From assembly GCA_943704425.1 (NCBI GenBank), contig CALSCP010000216.1:69033-133032 (forward strand): 64,000 bases of DNA, read 5' to 3'. How positions within the stretch are numbered: position 1 is the stretch's first letter; each line of letters opens with the position of its first letter. The notes under the pieces are model-generated. The model saw only the letters and a program-made list of their open reading frames with translations, was not told the origin of the DNA and made no database searches. The stretch is from Ministeria vibrans ATCC 50519. Taxonomy: Eukaryota; Protista; Filasterea. The position numbers were made by a program, and so were the translations under genes. Positions 63,086 to 64,000 of this stretch are shown here, piece after piece.

Positions 63086-64000
63086 ATGTCCGCGCGGCGC
63101 TCCGCCACTGCTCTGCACTCCGCAGTCTCTGTCGCTCCATCGGTTGTCCAGACCACCGGTGGATTGAGGACGGTGACGACGGCTGCGGGCGGAGTGGCGG
63201 AAATGACTGCAACATCAACGACAAACTCAGCCGAATCTGATGTGGCCTCGACTGCGGTCAGTGTTCCTGTAAAACCGCCGGCACTGCAACTGCGCCCTAG
63301 ACGTGCACGGCGGCCTCCGAATCTCTATGCCGACATGGTACCCTCGGTCGACGACGACGAAGTGGAGCTGGTGAAGCAACCTACTAAGTCCTCAGTCCGC
63401 ATCGCAAACATGGCCACAAACAAAGCGATAAAACTGTTTGTCGCGTCTGCGATTGCCCGTGAAGCGGACATGGCAGGGAAGAGGCAGCTGGTTTCATCCG
63501 ACCGAACTCTACGGGGTAACACCACAAGGTTGCTCTGTCGCGCTGCGGAAGGGACAGGCTTCATCGACAATAACCTACCAAACACGACGACCGCAACCAT
63601 TAGTGTCGCGCAAGCCTATCTCACTAACAAGCTCATCAACGACACCCGGATCCCGTCTAACCCAAGACCTACGCCACGACAGCGTGCGGGGTCGGCGGAT
63701 GGGACAGGCATAATCCCAATCAGCAACGAGGTTGTCGACGCGCTCACAAGTCTCTACGGGGTAGCACACCCGGACCTACGAAGGATAATAGACGCGACCG
63801 CAGCGAAACAGCAGCACCATCACTGGCACTACAACTTACACCACAGAGAACTGTGTAAGATCATTCTGAGGAGCAAACGACTGGGTGACGAGCGGGAGTC
63901 GCCAGCGCTGATGGTGCACGCAATCAAGGGAGTGGTCGCTTGGCTCGAGCATCGACACGTACTCGATCGCATCCTGTGTGTGAAGATTGTCAAACAGAAC
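63086..64000 (+). CDS. Unknown protein, partial (open to window end)
   Basis: 305 codons without a stop, from ATG 63086 to the window edge (not in the ORF track). GC-rich relative to the upstream AT-rich spacer. Confidence 0.55.
   Translation, partial: MSARRSATALHSAVSVAPSVVQTTGGLRTVTTAAGGVAEMTATSTTNSAESDVASTAVSVPVKPPALQLRPRRARRPPNLYADMVPSVDDDEVELVKQPTKSSVRIANMATNKAIKLFVASAIAREADMAGKRQLVSSDRTLRGNTTRLLCRAAEGTGFIDNNLPNTTTATISVAQAYLTNKLINDTRIPSNPRPTPRQRAGSADGTGIIPISNEVVDALTSLYGVAHPDLRRIIDATAAKQQHHHWHYNLHHRELCKIILRSKRLGDERESPALMVHAIKGVVAWLEHRHVLDRILCVKIVKQN

Overview
Gene-dense, intron-containing eukaryotic genomic DNA: GC-rich exons, short AT-rich or microsatellite-rich GT-AG introns, and one assembly gap at 18710-19322. 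The gene content suggests a unicellular holozoan or a related protist, which is an inference from an HRDLAARN tyrosine kinase, an RBD/C2-type PI3K, a Sec-containing SPS2 and a TMEM132-like ectodomain. About 19 protein-coding genes are supported, in order: PI3K (partial), selenophosphate synthetase SPS2 (in-frame UGA plus a GUGA-type SECIS), RNF123/KPC1 tail-to-tail with UBAC1/KPC2, NSMCE2, CstF-50, PRPF19, a minimal ataxin-3, a ~4,890-aa single-pass receptor, a cytoplasmic tyrosine kinase, a DCAF4-like WD40 protein, a Gly-rich double-PH protein, APEH, archease, a front-end (Delta8-like) desaturase, SUCLG1, a RAP-domain protein, a secreted multi-MRH protein, a caspase-fold protein, and a partial unknown ORF. 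The most notable candidate system is the giant receptor. It has a TMEM132-like ectodomain with two cohesin-like modules, then a polybasic furin-type site followed by a dockerin, then TNFR/furin-like and Notch-like EGF repeats, a TM helix, an NPxY motif and intracellular FN3-like repeats. It is encoded head-to-head with a receptor-less tyrosine kinase. All gene models were built by eye; no database searches were run.
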